A stretch of 64,000 nucleotides of DNA from a virus (lineage: Duplodnaviria; Caudoviricetes). Position numbers and translations under genes: made by a program. Location: positions 1-64,000 of IMG/VR virus record IMGVR_UViG_3300034410_000589; one strand, given 5' to 3'. The notes under the pieces were generated by a model. The model was given only the letters and a program-made list of their open reading frames with translations. It had not been told where the DNA came from and did no database searches. Shown piece after piece: positions 38,001 through 46,368 of the stretch (its first letter is position 1; the number at the start of each line of letters is the position of its first letter).

Positions 38001-39114
38001 TTTGGATAGTTGAAAAGTCATCGCCTTCTGAGAAGTGACCTAATACACAAACATATGAGTTGTCGCCATAACGTGCAACATCACCTTGTAAGTATTCTAC
38101 ATCATCTACCCATGCACCTCTCCAACGCAAACCAGTGTTTAGTCTTTGCCAGTAAGAAGTATTAGTTGGTGTTTGATCTTGGTGGTCTTGAATACAAAGA
38201 TATGTATATCCACCGTATCTAACAACTTCGCCTACTCTATAATCTTGTAGCGTACTGTCATCTTGCCAGTCGCCTAAAAATCTTAATCCTTGTGAAAATA
38301 ATTGCCAGTCTGTTGTTTCAACTACTGGATTCTTTTCTGCGTGATTTGTTAAAGCAATATATTGGTTACCGCCGTAACGTACAATATCGCCCTTTTGATA
38401 ATTTCTTAATGCTTCCCAGTCTGCTTCAAACTGGAAGCCTCTTACAAATTGTTCCCAATTTGCATTGTCTGTACTAAACAAAGATGCCGCTGTGTGTTCA
38501 GCTGTACAAATCCAAAGTGCTGCACCGTACTGTGCTACATCATTAACTTTATATCTAGTACCAGCTGTCCAAGAGCTTTTGTATTCGATGCCAGCATTAA
38601 AGACATCCCAATTTGCTTGGTTAGCTTCTAGCCCGTCGGCTTCAGTTGCAGCAGATGTATGATAAACTTTACAAACATAAGTTTGTCCGCCGTATTTTAC
38701 AAGATCATTAATTAGATATTTTGTATCTACGGTCCAGTCACCTTTCCAGCCAAGTCCTTCTGCATACACATCCCAGTTAGCAATATCAGCTTCTAGGCCA
38801 GCTGCTACTGTTGCTTGTGATGTGTGAACAACTTTACAAATGTATAATCTTGCACCGTACTGTACAATGTCACCATAAACATAACCTGTTGATATTGTCC
38901 AGTCACCTTTCCAAGTTTGACCGTCACTTACCAAGTTCCATTTAGGTGGTACTATTTCAAAATCTGTAAAGAATTCAGTAGCACTTGTGTGACCAATCAC
39001 ACAAATATATACTTTTCCACCGAATCTTACAACATCGTCTTTATAATATGTAGTGGCAGATGACCATGCGTCTTTCCACACAAATCTGATTCTACCTAGT
39101 TTAAATTCTGCCAT
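32095..39114 (-). CDS. Giant fibre/tailspike-like protein (2339 aa)
   Basis: 7 N-terminal W.GdW...Y..gDvV.yGG..YiC...H repeats (CBM5/12-like), YYVATHGKD...RSPYVQN beta-helix-like core, four Y....C.RD.GY.iDA...D repeats, SxDGxxW Asp-box repeats. Confidence 0.75.
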   Translation of the reverse strand: MAEFKLGRIRFVWKDAWSSATTYYKDDVVRFGGKVYICVIGHTSATEFFTDFEIVPPKWNLVSDGQTWKGDWTISTGYVYGDIVQYGARLYICKVVHTSQATVAAGLEADIANWDVYAEGLGWKGDWTVDTKYLINDLVKYGGQTYVCKVYHTSAATEADGLEANQANWDVFNAGIEYKSSWTAGTRYKVNDVAQYGAALWICTAEHTAASLFSTDNANWEQFVRGFQFEADWEALRNYQKGDIVRYGGNQYIALTNHAEKNPVVETTDWQLFSQGLRFLGDWQDDSTLQDYRVGEVVRYGGYTYLCIQDHQDQTPTNTSYWQRLNTGLRWRGAWVDDVEYLQGDVARYGDNSYVCVLGHFSEGDDFSTIQTQPGGGGAQNSRPDLDTTGTYWQVIAIGNEASVLTTKGDLVYYAAGGPARLPIGAEGQFLQVGENQAPEWAYSGVADDIYYVATHGKDEASPIAGRTIDRPWKSIRYACDQVENGAKNPNAKRLLDLNRYFIQREIVEWTDAQITSNIAPFSTGFDYDSAKCERDMGYIVDALIHDITHGGNVKSREAALSYVNDTVGSPYLTQKAETKASIEYGLTVIQAVLNQTAPAVNYQVNNGDNSTAVVSQIFDANVTAESVYSDITGLVKIITDAITAGVATGIPDRLINTVLIKVATGKYYEVLPIQVPAETCVIGDELRATNVQPRKSNNSTLTDAGDYLYSNTAIERVEAIIGDIVEGVSVTATTGNSQAQSAVYPLANNETGYVRSAVEQLARLYRRRTDWALGRKEEAIATFTLADEMTDPNAGYARNLLIANRDFLKAELIGYITENYPDLKYSKTACKKDVGYLIDAVSYDLTYGGNWQTVNAGEAYHVGATSNLPAAQKAATLAAYGYLKGIMQTVGRNITVTPGTQSSVTQVVGTPGDAASATTVGDLLDDFINIVDNGTGSETIVYPSITGAAAGLQTDHSLLGSAAATIKTNTTNWITANFPNLTYDSAKCERDVGYLLDAARYDWCLGTTFASTVAAISYLRKPSAKVTGVQKDATLGSYEFARNAARAEVSEAASLAQINNTFVTTNDIILGGSNEGTNRATDQQDVYAGIQQLELNKEFIAKEATAYVNDYYSDTVTATTASSGALTITSTGWLRQNRPIKFTGVGTEVGGLTLDTTYYVKNILSSTTFTISATIGGADITVTDDTGAMAVEKDYDYNVTLCERDIKSIIDAMKWDLKFAPNYRRTYTGGIALTVPATYKTRYASRFYVNSVLGSQEEDFYYLRNGTGLRLQTLEGLNGDMTAETSAGTSRMTAGAYASLDPGWGPDDNRVWITARSPYVQNCTTFGNAATGQRIDGALHNGGNDSIVSNDFTQVISDGIGAHILNNGRAELVSVFTYYSHIGYLAETGGRIRATNGNNSYGDFGSVAEGVDPDEVPTTGVVDNKTQYNATIASAITDQDKILAAEFTHAGNDYTEVTFNTFGPGSGEVVIGDEFRDEALIQARVIDDQVDGDAGGSGYLTASNTAQAGDASSITLSATDGNLNSSYPGMKVLIVGGAGAGLYALIDTYDAGTKVATVIKESDGTAGWDHFVPGTTFVAPNASSTYEIEPAVSFTAPTRSTQNVVITSNVYEDFGFFETSEQVNNQAPTSYAGTGSNLTFNIDRVGSKYYVALNSAGSGYTRLETVTVAGTSLGGTSPENDLVITLTSIGTSGEVIDFDFTGIGAKGKFVALSDDTSAATSGDVATWSNVTLPQQCDRFTTGLLNDGSSQFKSSAFVAVATGSSNAVLSQDLSTFSTSALPGGLDTSTGVDVQYGYIGSGTNRFIVIGQNDTDIAYSDNAGSSWTLTSSALPNTGFTSITRGMGLYVTVRTGSNQAAWSADGISWTAATLPASSNWSKVVWGNGRFIAIADNSVNAAYSLDGINWTATTIGTESAALPTDICYGQGMFMVTSADTNSVAYSEYGLLWDNITVTANVSGYKLAAFGNINREPAWLAIADGTTTQVASNKIGARARGRVNIANEKIFEVKLAEPGSGYGGTPPTITITDPNNIDDVVFQNRLGDGALSNPSFADRGTGFSAASMEVDAQTSNGNADFLQNGSFVAVKRLTERPVPGSNITFASLPGQFFKLVTVVSFLGTNPGSHTAFLQLSPAMTIGDAPTDGDGVTSRIRYSQVRLTGHDFLDIGTGSFAETNYPGLPTQDPDQTKETFDVDGGRVFFTSTDQDGNFRVGDLFQIEQATGVANLNAEAFNIAGLQELTLGEVTLGGNSAAVSEFSTDPFFTANSDSVVPTQRAIKAYIEAQIGGGGAALNVNSVTAGDIFISSNIITTASGELINITANMNFTGPVTGYPLAYQYFLR

Positions 39115-39134
39115 TTTCTAATGCTCCGTTATTG

Positions 39135-39142
39135 TATTTATA
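39135..39142 (-). promoter_or_regulatory. Late promoter TATAAATA (exact T4 consensus)
   Basis: Upstream of GGAG SD of the 2339-aa gene. Confidence 0.75.
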
Positions 39143-39164
39143 CATTTTTATTCTTCCTTTAAAA

Positions 39165-42100
39165 TTACTTCATACTCTCGTCAAAGTTTCGAAGTAACAT
39201 CATTTGTCCCACATATGATCCGCCAAGCCCTACTGGATTACCAAAGGCATCCTGTCCTGACATTTCTACTGGAACAGCAACGTTTATTATCTTGTTTTGT
39301 ATGTTATCTATTTGGTTTTCTGGTCCGCCAAGATAAATTTGACCAGCTTGTATTGCGTTAAGTTCTAGATCAGAACCACCAACACTTAACCTATCTGCAA
39401 GGAATGTTGCAATAGCTCTTTGTGTTGGAATAACGTTGTTAGAATCTTCAGCAAATGTTGGGTCTGTACTAAATTCTCTTACAACAGCACCCGAACCACC
39501 TAATCTTACACCACCTAGTGATAATTCTGAAAGACCATCTAAGTCAAAGAATTCAGCACTAATAGTAACAATACCTGTTGCCTGCTGAACGCTAAACAAC
39601 TCGCCTGCTCTAAAGTTACCATCTTGGTCAGTACTTACATAGAATATACGTCCGCCACCTGTTTCATATACTTCGTTCTCAGGCGCACTTACAAAGTAGT
39701 TACCACCTGCATAAATGTCTGGATAATTTGTTTCTAAAAAGTTACCTGTACCAATGTCTAGGAAATCGTGTCCTGTAATTCTACATTGACTAAAGTTTTC
39801 GTTAATTGTAACTGTAGTTCCGTGTATAAGATCGTATTCATTACGCATTCTTGGACTAATTTGGAACTGTACTAGTCTAGTACCATTACCTGATCCATCA
39901 TCGCCTAAGTCTGTTGCGATTGCAACTCTAAAGCTCTTAAAGTCATTTGGATCTTCAGTATTGTCCTCTGGAATAATTGGAAACAGTAATTGGCTACCAA
40001 TTGTTGGTACACGAGGTAAGCCAGCAATTTTTATTTGATTTGTTTCTGGTATAAAGTCTGCATATCCATCGCCTGTGATTGCAACCTTAGTAGTGCTTGA
40101 TCTGTAGCCAATACCTCTGTTAGTCCAACTTGGTTGTGCAAGTACGCCAGAACCTACTCTGTTTTCCCATCCTATGCCAACTGTATATGCATTATCAGTA
40201 ATTGTAAATACTGGTGGATTTGCTTGTGTATAACCACTACCGCAATCAAGTATTTTAATTGTTTGTATTAGTCCGCCGCTTCCAAGTCTAGCTCTAACTT
40301 TTACTTGGGCGCCTGTTTCTACTTTTGCAAAACCGCCTAACGCAATATTTTTTGTACCTATAATCCAACTACCTACATCATTTACAACGCCAAAGCCTAT
40401 GCCAAAATATGGTTTTGTGCTTTCTAATGTTCTGCTTGTCCATACTAAACCATCTTCGGTTGTTGCAGCAAAGTTTGTATCATTACCGTTTAAGTCTCCG
40501 CCAACTAATTGGTTATTAGCATCACATATTGCAAAAAATACACCTTCTGCAAACTTCATGTCGTTCCAGCGCATTATAGTTGAACCGTCTTGTGACGGAA
40601 CATCAGTACCTTGTGTCCATGTTGAGCCGTCAAAACTATAGTAAGTTTCGCCTGTTTCTAGTAGCACAAGATATCTATTATTACCATATGCTAGTCCTGC
40701 AATTTGTAGATTAGGAGTAGTTGCAAATCCTGTATCAAATGTCCATGTAGTTCCATCTGTACTGTGTCCTACTACACCGTCATTTCCTGCAACAGCAACA
40801 AACTTACCTTTACCATATGTAAGACCTTGCCATTCTGCTGATGCACTGTCGCCGACAGCATCACTAGGCATGTTGCTAGATGTCCATGTTATACCATCTG
40901 CTGATTGTATTACTGTTGTTGAGTTTTCAGCAATAACAACAAATCTACCTTCGCCGTATTCTATATCAACCCAATCTTCAACAAATGGCAATGTAACCTC
41001 TGTCCAATTTACGCCATCTAAACTATACGCCGCTTCGTCAGTACCTTTTGCAATAGCAACAAATCTATTGTTACCTGCTTGTACTTTAATCCAGTCAATT
41101 GCTGTTGCGTTTGGTAATAATGATTCGCTCCAACCCTGTCCTGTATCACTAGTTAGTGCAAAGTTTGGTTTTGCAATAGCAACAAACTTACCACTACGTC
41201 CTGTACCTGTTACAACAACACTTGTTATAGAGTTTGAACTATCGTCAGTTACACTGTTAACTTTGATATGACAATCATTAGTACCGTCTTCACCGCCTAA
41301 TACGCTTCCTAAAATATCAATTGAATCACCTACAGCGTAACCTAATCCGCCGTCTGTAACTGTAACTTCATATACTAGACCATTTTTCTTAATATCAAAT
41401 ATTGCGTTTGTTGCTTCCAACCCATCTTGTGTAATAACATCGCCAGTACCCGGAGTACCTTCAATATCTGTAAATTCAAAAGTAGTATTACTAAATGCAA
41501 TATCAATAATATCTCTACCACTTGCAATATTATAGTTAGCTGCTGAAAATGCCGGCTTGCTTGATATAATTCTTGGTTCAATTTGATATCTAGTATTAGA
41601 TTCTAATATTGTTTCAATTGGTGTACCTGGAAGTACATGATCCCATCCTGGTAATCCTGTGCTTTCTTTATAAATTGTTGCGGTACTGTTAAGTTCATTG
41701 TATGCTTGTATGTAACCATATTGTCCTGTACCTGTACCAGAAATAATGTATATTGCTTGACCAATAAGATCATCTGCTGTTGCTGTTTCGTTAGGGCTAA
41801 GTGTAATACTAGTTGTATCACCTTGTGTTGCTTGGTTTTGAATATTAGTATATCCTACACCACCAACTGATCCACTGTCTGCAGGGTTAACAATTCTTGA
41901 TTGAAATAATGCACCATGTCTAATATCTTCATGGAGTGCGTTTGCGTTTGCACCTGCACCTGTTATTGTACTAGTTGCTGTTGTGTATCTTTCGCCTGCA
42001 TTTTCGTATTCATATACAAAAATTTCATCACCAAATGCTCCAGCATATACACCTGATACTGTTGCTTCGTTATCTCTGTTGAACACTGTTGCTGTTAACG

Positions 42101-45100
42101 GTACTTCATTTGGATCAATGCCGTCAGCAATCGAACCGTATTTTCCGTATGAGTTGTTACCGTTAGTTGCACGAATAACGCCGCCGCGTTCTGCTAAGTA
42201 TCCAACTTGGTTGTAGTATGTAAACACTGACACAAGTTCTGCTCTACCATTGTCTGAAATCCATGCACCAATACCGTCACTTAATACTTGCGTATAGTCG
42301 TTTGCTGTCATAGACTTGTTACCGCCATTGTGTAACAATCCGTTTACTCGCATACCTGTACATGCTTTACCAATAGTTGTTACACCTTGTATGTAAGGTG
42401 ATCTTCTGTTAATCCAAACACGCTCGTCGGTTGGACCCCAACCTGGATCAAGTGCTGTAAACGCACCTGATGTTGGTCTTTGGTATAAGTCGTAAACACC
42501 CGGTGGGTTTAGAGCTCCGTCTAGTCCTTCAACAGTACATTGGCGTAATCCTGTTGTATCTCTATGTCTAAATAGATCAACTAAGTTACTACCTACTTTT
42601 GAAAGAGCGTATCTTTCACCTGACAGTACTGATCTATATGTACCTTCATAACGTAAATCGTATGTTATGGCTTTAAAGAAGTGTAAAAAGTCTTCTGCTA
42701 CTCTATTTGTTCTAAAAACTTTATCTGGATATGTTTGTCTTACCCATGCTTCAACTTGCTGTGATAGCCATTCTTGAATACTTTCTAATTTACTTGCTGT
42801 TTGACGTCTTTGTACGTCTGCTGTTTGAATATTTGTTCCTAACGTAGCAGGGTCAACACTACCACTTTCTGAAACAAAATCTATCTTTTGTTTAATAACA
42901 TCAATTAATGTTTGTGTTAGGTTTGCTTCTGATAATCCTAGTACTGCAGGAGTTTTATTTAAAACAGTTGTATTTCCTGGCAATGCAGGAACATCAATGT
43001 TAGAATAAAGACTTAGTAAAATACTTTCTACGTAGTTCCACATAGCCGCAAGCTGTTCTGTTTCGTTTTGGTATTCTTCTTTTGGAGAGTTTGCAACTAT
43101 AGTAGTAGCTCTTAGTTCGTCTCCCATTACAACACATCCTGCTGGAACACTAATTGGTCCTACTTCTACGTATCTTCCTGTGTTAACTCTTATCTTTATA
43201 GGTGTTAGTGCAGGGAATGTTGCTTCTACATATTCAGCAGCATGTCTAACTGTTCTAAATGGTTTGTCAGGTGATAGTCCGTATCCCCTTGCATCCATAC
43301 CATGTACGCCTACAAATATTTCGCCAGCTGTGCGAATATAATCTCTCCAAAATATGTTATCGGAATCATCTACAGTTAATAGATTTTCTGTTTCACCTAT
43401 TGGTACTGCTGTTGGTCCAATAGTACTTCCGTCACCAACATTAGTTCTACTTAGGTTATATGTAAGTAAGTCACCTAACGATGATAGTCCAGATGCTTGT
43501 CCTGCTTGTATTAATAAGTCCCAATAAAAATAACCACTACCGTTATCACCTGGGAAGTTATCGTTTGTTGCAACATGCCACGTGTTACAAACATATGCAT
43601 TACCAAAGTGGTAAACAACTTCGCCTACGTCATAGCGTGAGCCTGTTAACCATGCTTTCCCCCAAGTTTTACTTGGAATAACTAACTGCCATTTTTCTGC
43701 TTGTAAATAGTCTGATGTACTGCCGTCAACTTCTGTACTACCTATCGACACAAGTGCCATGTAAAGTTCGCCACCGCGCAATACCATATCGCCTGGATTA
43801 TAAACAGCACCATCTTCCCAGTCGCCTCTAAAGTTGTAACCATATTGTAATTCTACCCAACTTTGTGTACTATCTTGTGACTGTGCTGGTTGATCGTCTC
43901 TGTTGTATTTAGAAGCAAAATATAAGTAACCACCATAACGTACAACGTCACCTGGTTGATATTCTGCTGTGTTGGACCATTCTGACTCATATTGAAAGCC
44001 AGGTAGTTCTATATTAAATTTTGTAATATCTAGTTGATCTGCAAGTTTGCCGTCAGCATCTAACAAACCTAATACTGCTGATTGGTGTGTTTCTGTGCAT
44101 CTCCAAATACTACCGCCATAAAGTACAAGATCGTTTTTTCTATAAAGTGTTTCTCTTGCCCATGCGCCTGCATACTCAACTCCACTGTGGAATACTTCCC
44201 AAGCAACATCTGCTGAATTATCTATTGTAAGTGTTCCGCCCATTCCTGCATGATACCTACAATAGTAGTATAAATTTTCTGGTGCTGTGTATGGAACTGA
44301 TATTCTAAGTTGTCTTGTTGTTGCTGTTCCAAAATTAGCAATATAATTTTGTTGTGTTACTTCGTTGCCGTCTAGTAAGTAGGTTACTCCGGTGCTATAA
44401 ACTGTTCCTCCACCATTTGTTCCATCTGCTATGGCACTTAATAGCAATGGATGTGGATTTGCTATTGGGTCGCCATTTAAGTCGAGGCCGCCGCCAAAGA
44501 ATTTGTTTGTATCGTCGGAACCGTCTTCAGGAGCACTTTGATCAAACACATATGTTTTGCCTTTAGCAAATGTAAGTTCTGCTTGAGGAATACCGTTTAA
44601 TGTATAAATGTTTGCTGTATCTTCTGCATTTCTAACTACAGCAACTTGCAATGTAGTTGGAGTTGTAACAAGGTTGTCTTCTAAGAAAAGACCTGACACA
44701 TGTGGTTCAATACACTTATAAACTATACCATTGTATTTTACTAATGCACCCGGACCGTAGTCAGTTGCTGTTTGCCAGTCTGTTGTATATTTTATATGTG
44801 ATACTAGTAATGACCAATCGTCTTTATTTGTAACAAAATTTGTAGAATCGTGTTCGTTAATACAAACCCAAAGCGAGCCATCTTTTTCAACAATATCACT
44901 AATTGCATATGTTGTTGCTGTTGCCCACTGACCTTTGTAAGATCTACCATCTGTCATCAAACGCCATTTTGGTGCTGCCTGTGGTGGATTACTTCCTGGT
45001 AATACAGCAAGTAAGTCAGTTTTAAATTTAACGTCTGCTGTATGTCCTTCTAAACACACATATGACTTACCGCCAACTCTTATAATGTCATCACGTTTGT

Positions 45101-45167
45101 ATACAGTACCTGCGTTCCATTCGCCCTTCCATATATACTTAAAACGTTCTAGTTTAAATTCTGCCAT
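39165..45167 (-). CDS. Giant fibre/tailspike-like protein (2000 aa), paralogue of 32095..39114, with inserted cupredoxin-like domain
   Basis: Same MAEFKL N-terminus, 7 CBM-like repeats, RSPYIQG core, Asp-boxes, shared TGHDFLDIGTG C-terminus; insert HPLLLS...YYCRYHAGMGG. Confidence 0.75.
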   Translation of the reverse strand: MAEFKLERFKYIWKGEWNAGTVYKRDDIIRVGGKSYVCLEGHTADVKFKTDLLAVLPGSNPPQAAPKWRLMTDGRSYKGQWATATTYAISDIVEKDGSLWVCINEHDSTNFVTNKDDWSLLVSHIKYTTDWQTATDYGPGALVKYNGIVYKCIEPHVSGLFLEDNLVTTPTTLQVAVVRNAEDTANIYTLNGIPQAELTFAKGKTYVFDQSAPEDGSDDTNKFFGGGLDLNGDPIANPHPLLLSAIADGTNGGGTVYSTGVTYLLDGNEVTQQNYIANFGTATTRQLRISVPYTAPENLYYYCRYHAGMGGTLTIDNSADVAWEVFHSGVEYAGAWARETLYRKNDLVLYGGSIWRCTETHQSAVLGLLDADGKLADQLDITKFNIELPGFQYESEWSNTAEYQPGDVVRYGGYLYFASKYNRDDQPAQSQDSTQSWVELQYGYNFRGDWEDGAVYNPGDMVLRGGELYMALVSIGSTEVDGSTSDYLQAEKWQLVIPSKTWGKAWLTGSRYDVGEVVYHFGNAYVCNTWHVATNDNFPGDNGSGYFYWDLLIQAGQASGLSSLGDLLTYNLSRTNVGDGSTIGPTAVPIGETENLLTVDDSDNIFWRDYIRTAGEIFVGVHGMDARGYGLSPDKPFRTVRHAAEYVEATFPALTPIKIRVNTGRYVEVGPISVPAGCVVMGDELRATTIVANSPKEEYQNETEQLAAMWNYVESILLSLYSNIDVPALPGNTTVLNKTPAVLGLSEANLTQTLIDVIKQKIDFVSESGSVDPATLGTNIQTADVQRRQTASKLESIQEWLSQQVEAWVRQTYPDKVFRTNRVAEDFLHFFKAITYDLRYEGTYRSVLSGERYALSKVGSNLVDLFRHRDTTGLRQCTVEGLDGALNPPGVYDLYQRPTSGAFTALDPGWGPTDERVWINRRSPYIQGVTTIGKACTGMRVNGLLHNGGNKSMTANDYTQVLSDGIGAWISDNGRAELVSVFTYYNQVGYLAERGGVIRATNGNNSYGKYGSIADGIDPNEVPLTATVFNRDNEATVSGVYAGAFGDEIFVYEYENAGERYTTATSTITGAGANANALHEDIRHGALFQSRIVNPADSGSVGGVGYTNIQNQATQGDTTSITLSPNETATADDLIGQAIYIISGTGTGQYGYIQAYNELNSTATIYKESTGLPGWDHVLPGTPIETILESNTRYQIEPRIISSKPAFSAANYNIASGRDIIDIAFSNTTFEFTDIEGTPGTGDVITQDGLEATNAIFDIKKNGLVYEVTVTDGGLGYAVGDSIDILGSVLGGEDGTNDCHIKVNSVTDDSSNSITSVVVTGTGRSGKFVAIAKPNFALTSDTGQGWSESLLPNATAIDWIKVQAGNNRFVAIAKGTDEAAYSLDGVNWTEVTLPFVEDWVDIEYGEGRFVVIAENSTTVIQSADGITWTSSNMPSDAVGDSASAEWQGLTYGKGKFVAVAGNDGVVGHSTDGTTWTFDTGFATTPNLQIAGLAYGNNRYLVLLETGETYYSFDGSTWTQGTDVPSQDGSTIMRWNDMKFAEGVFFAICDANNQLVGGDLNGNDTNFAATTEDGLVWTSRTLESTKPYFGIGFGVVNDVGSWIIGTKNIALGGFAKVETGAQVKVRARLGSGGLIQTIKILDCGSGYTQANPPVFTITDNAYTVGIGWENRVGSGVLAQPSWTNRGIGYRSSTTKVAITGDGYADFIPETNQIKIAGLPRVPTIGSQLLFPIIPEDNTEDPNDFKSFRVAIATDLGDDGSGNGTRLVQFQISPRMRNEYDLIHGTTVTINENFSQCRITGHDFLDIGTGNFLETNYPDIYAGGNYFVSAPENEVYETGGGRIFYVSTDQDGNFRAGELFSVQQATGIVTISAEFFDLDGLSELSLGGVRLGGSGAVVREFSTDPTFAEDSNNVIPTQRAIATFLADRLSVGGSDLELNAIQAGQIYLGGPENQIDNIQNKIINVAVPVEMSGQDAFGNPVGLGGSYVGQMMLLRNFDESMK

Positions 45168-45178
45168 TTATATATCCT

Positions 45179-46036
45179 TTAGTACCCCGATCCTGCCGAG
45201 ATGTTAATTTTATTTCCTTGACCAGTGTGGAAATGACACCAGTAATACAGCGTATCAGGTGCTGTTGATTCTAATGCTAATTCTACTCTACGTGTAGTTG
45301 CTCCAACAAATCCACTTACATACTGTGCCATAGTAACTTGAATACCGTCAAGTTTGTAAATTACACCTGTGTTGTAATGATCGCCGTTAGCAGCATGTTC
45401 ACCATCGTATACTGTACTTAACATTAATGGATGATGAACTCCGTTATACGAAGCATTAGTAGAAGCTGATTGATCAAAAACATATGTACGTCCTTTTGTA
45501 ACACTTAGCTCAGGTCTTTCAATACCGTTAACATAAAATACACCACTGGCTTGTCCGCCTACTGTATCTACACCTACTGTCATTGTGTAGAAGTTAAATC
45601 CTGTACCTGGGCCGCCTGTATTACCTGGAATAATTACTTCTTCGTCTGTGCCTTCTCCATAGGCTGGTGAACTAATATTATCTTCAAATGTAACCTTTTC
45701 ACTAACCGCTTGCACAAAATGTCCTGTACTTGCTTCAACATAATAAGTTAAACTTCTACCGTCCCAACGTAGTTGTGGATAACGTAAGTTAGGATAAACA
45801 ACATCTTTATTTTCATCAATACCATCTAAGTAATCAATACCTTCTTCAAAGTCTAAAAAGTTTTCTTCTGATATACCTAAATCGTTAATAGTAATGCTGT
45901 TGGCTTCGCCGCCAGCTAATTGGTCAACTCTTACTAGAAATAATTCACCATCGTCGTTTCTACGCAAACCGTAAAAATATCTTTTGATAAAGCCGTTTTG
46001 AACGTCTGTTGGATTACTTCCTATATAGTGACTCAT
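45179..46036 (-). CDS. Virion protein with C-terminal cupredoxin-like domain
   Basis: KGRTYVFDQS...HHPLMLS...LYYWCHFHTGQG. Confidence 0.65.
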   Translation of the reverse strand: MSHYIGSNPTDVQNGFIKRYFYGLRRNDDGELFLVRVDQLAGGEANSITINDLGISEENFLDFEEGIDYLDGIDENKDVVYPNLRYPQLRWDGRSLTYYVEASTGHFVQAVSEKVTFEDNISSPAYGEGTDEEVIIPGNTGGPGTGFNFYTMTVGVDTVGGQASGVFYVNGIERPELSVTKGRTYVFDQSASTNASYNGVHHPLMLSTVYDGEHAANGDHYNTGVIYKLDGIQVTMAQYVSGFVGATTRRVELALESTAPDTLYYWCHFHTGQGNKINISAGSGY

Positions 46037-46365
46037 TATACTATCTCCACATAACTTGCTATAGCATCTACAGCATCGTCTATACTTGCTACTACTTGGA
46101 CGATATTATCAGGTGCAACTATTAATTTTTCGCCTGTTGCAACAACTCGCAAACTAGTATTTGCTGGTAGCAACGTATCTTTAATATAATGTCCAGTTAC
46201 ACTTGTATCGTCTTTCATTAACACACTTACATACACAAACCCATCAGTAAGATTAGTTAAACTTAATCCAATTACTGTGGCTCGTGTTGCCGAGTTAGTT
46301 TCTATAATGTCTATAGGTTGTGTGCCTACATTGTTAATAACTTTATTTTTAAATATCGTTGCCAT
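46036..46365 (-). CDS. Small beta-sandwich virion protein (paralogue family A)
   Basis: ATVIGLSLTN...IKDTLLPANTSL...EKLIV. Confidence 0.6.
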   Translation of the reverse strand: MATIFKNKVINNVGTQPIDIIETNSATRATVIGLSLTNLTDGFVYVSVLMKDDTSVTGHYIKDTLLPANTSLRVVATGEKLIVAPDNIVQVVASIDDAVDAIASYVEIV

Positions 46366-46368
46366 TTA

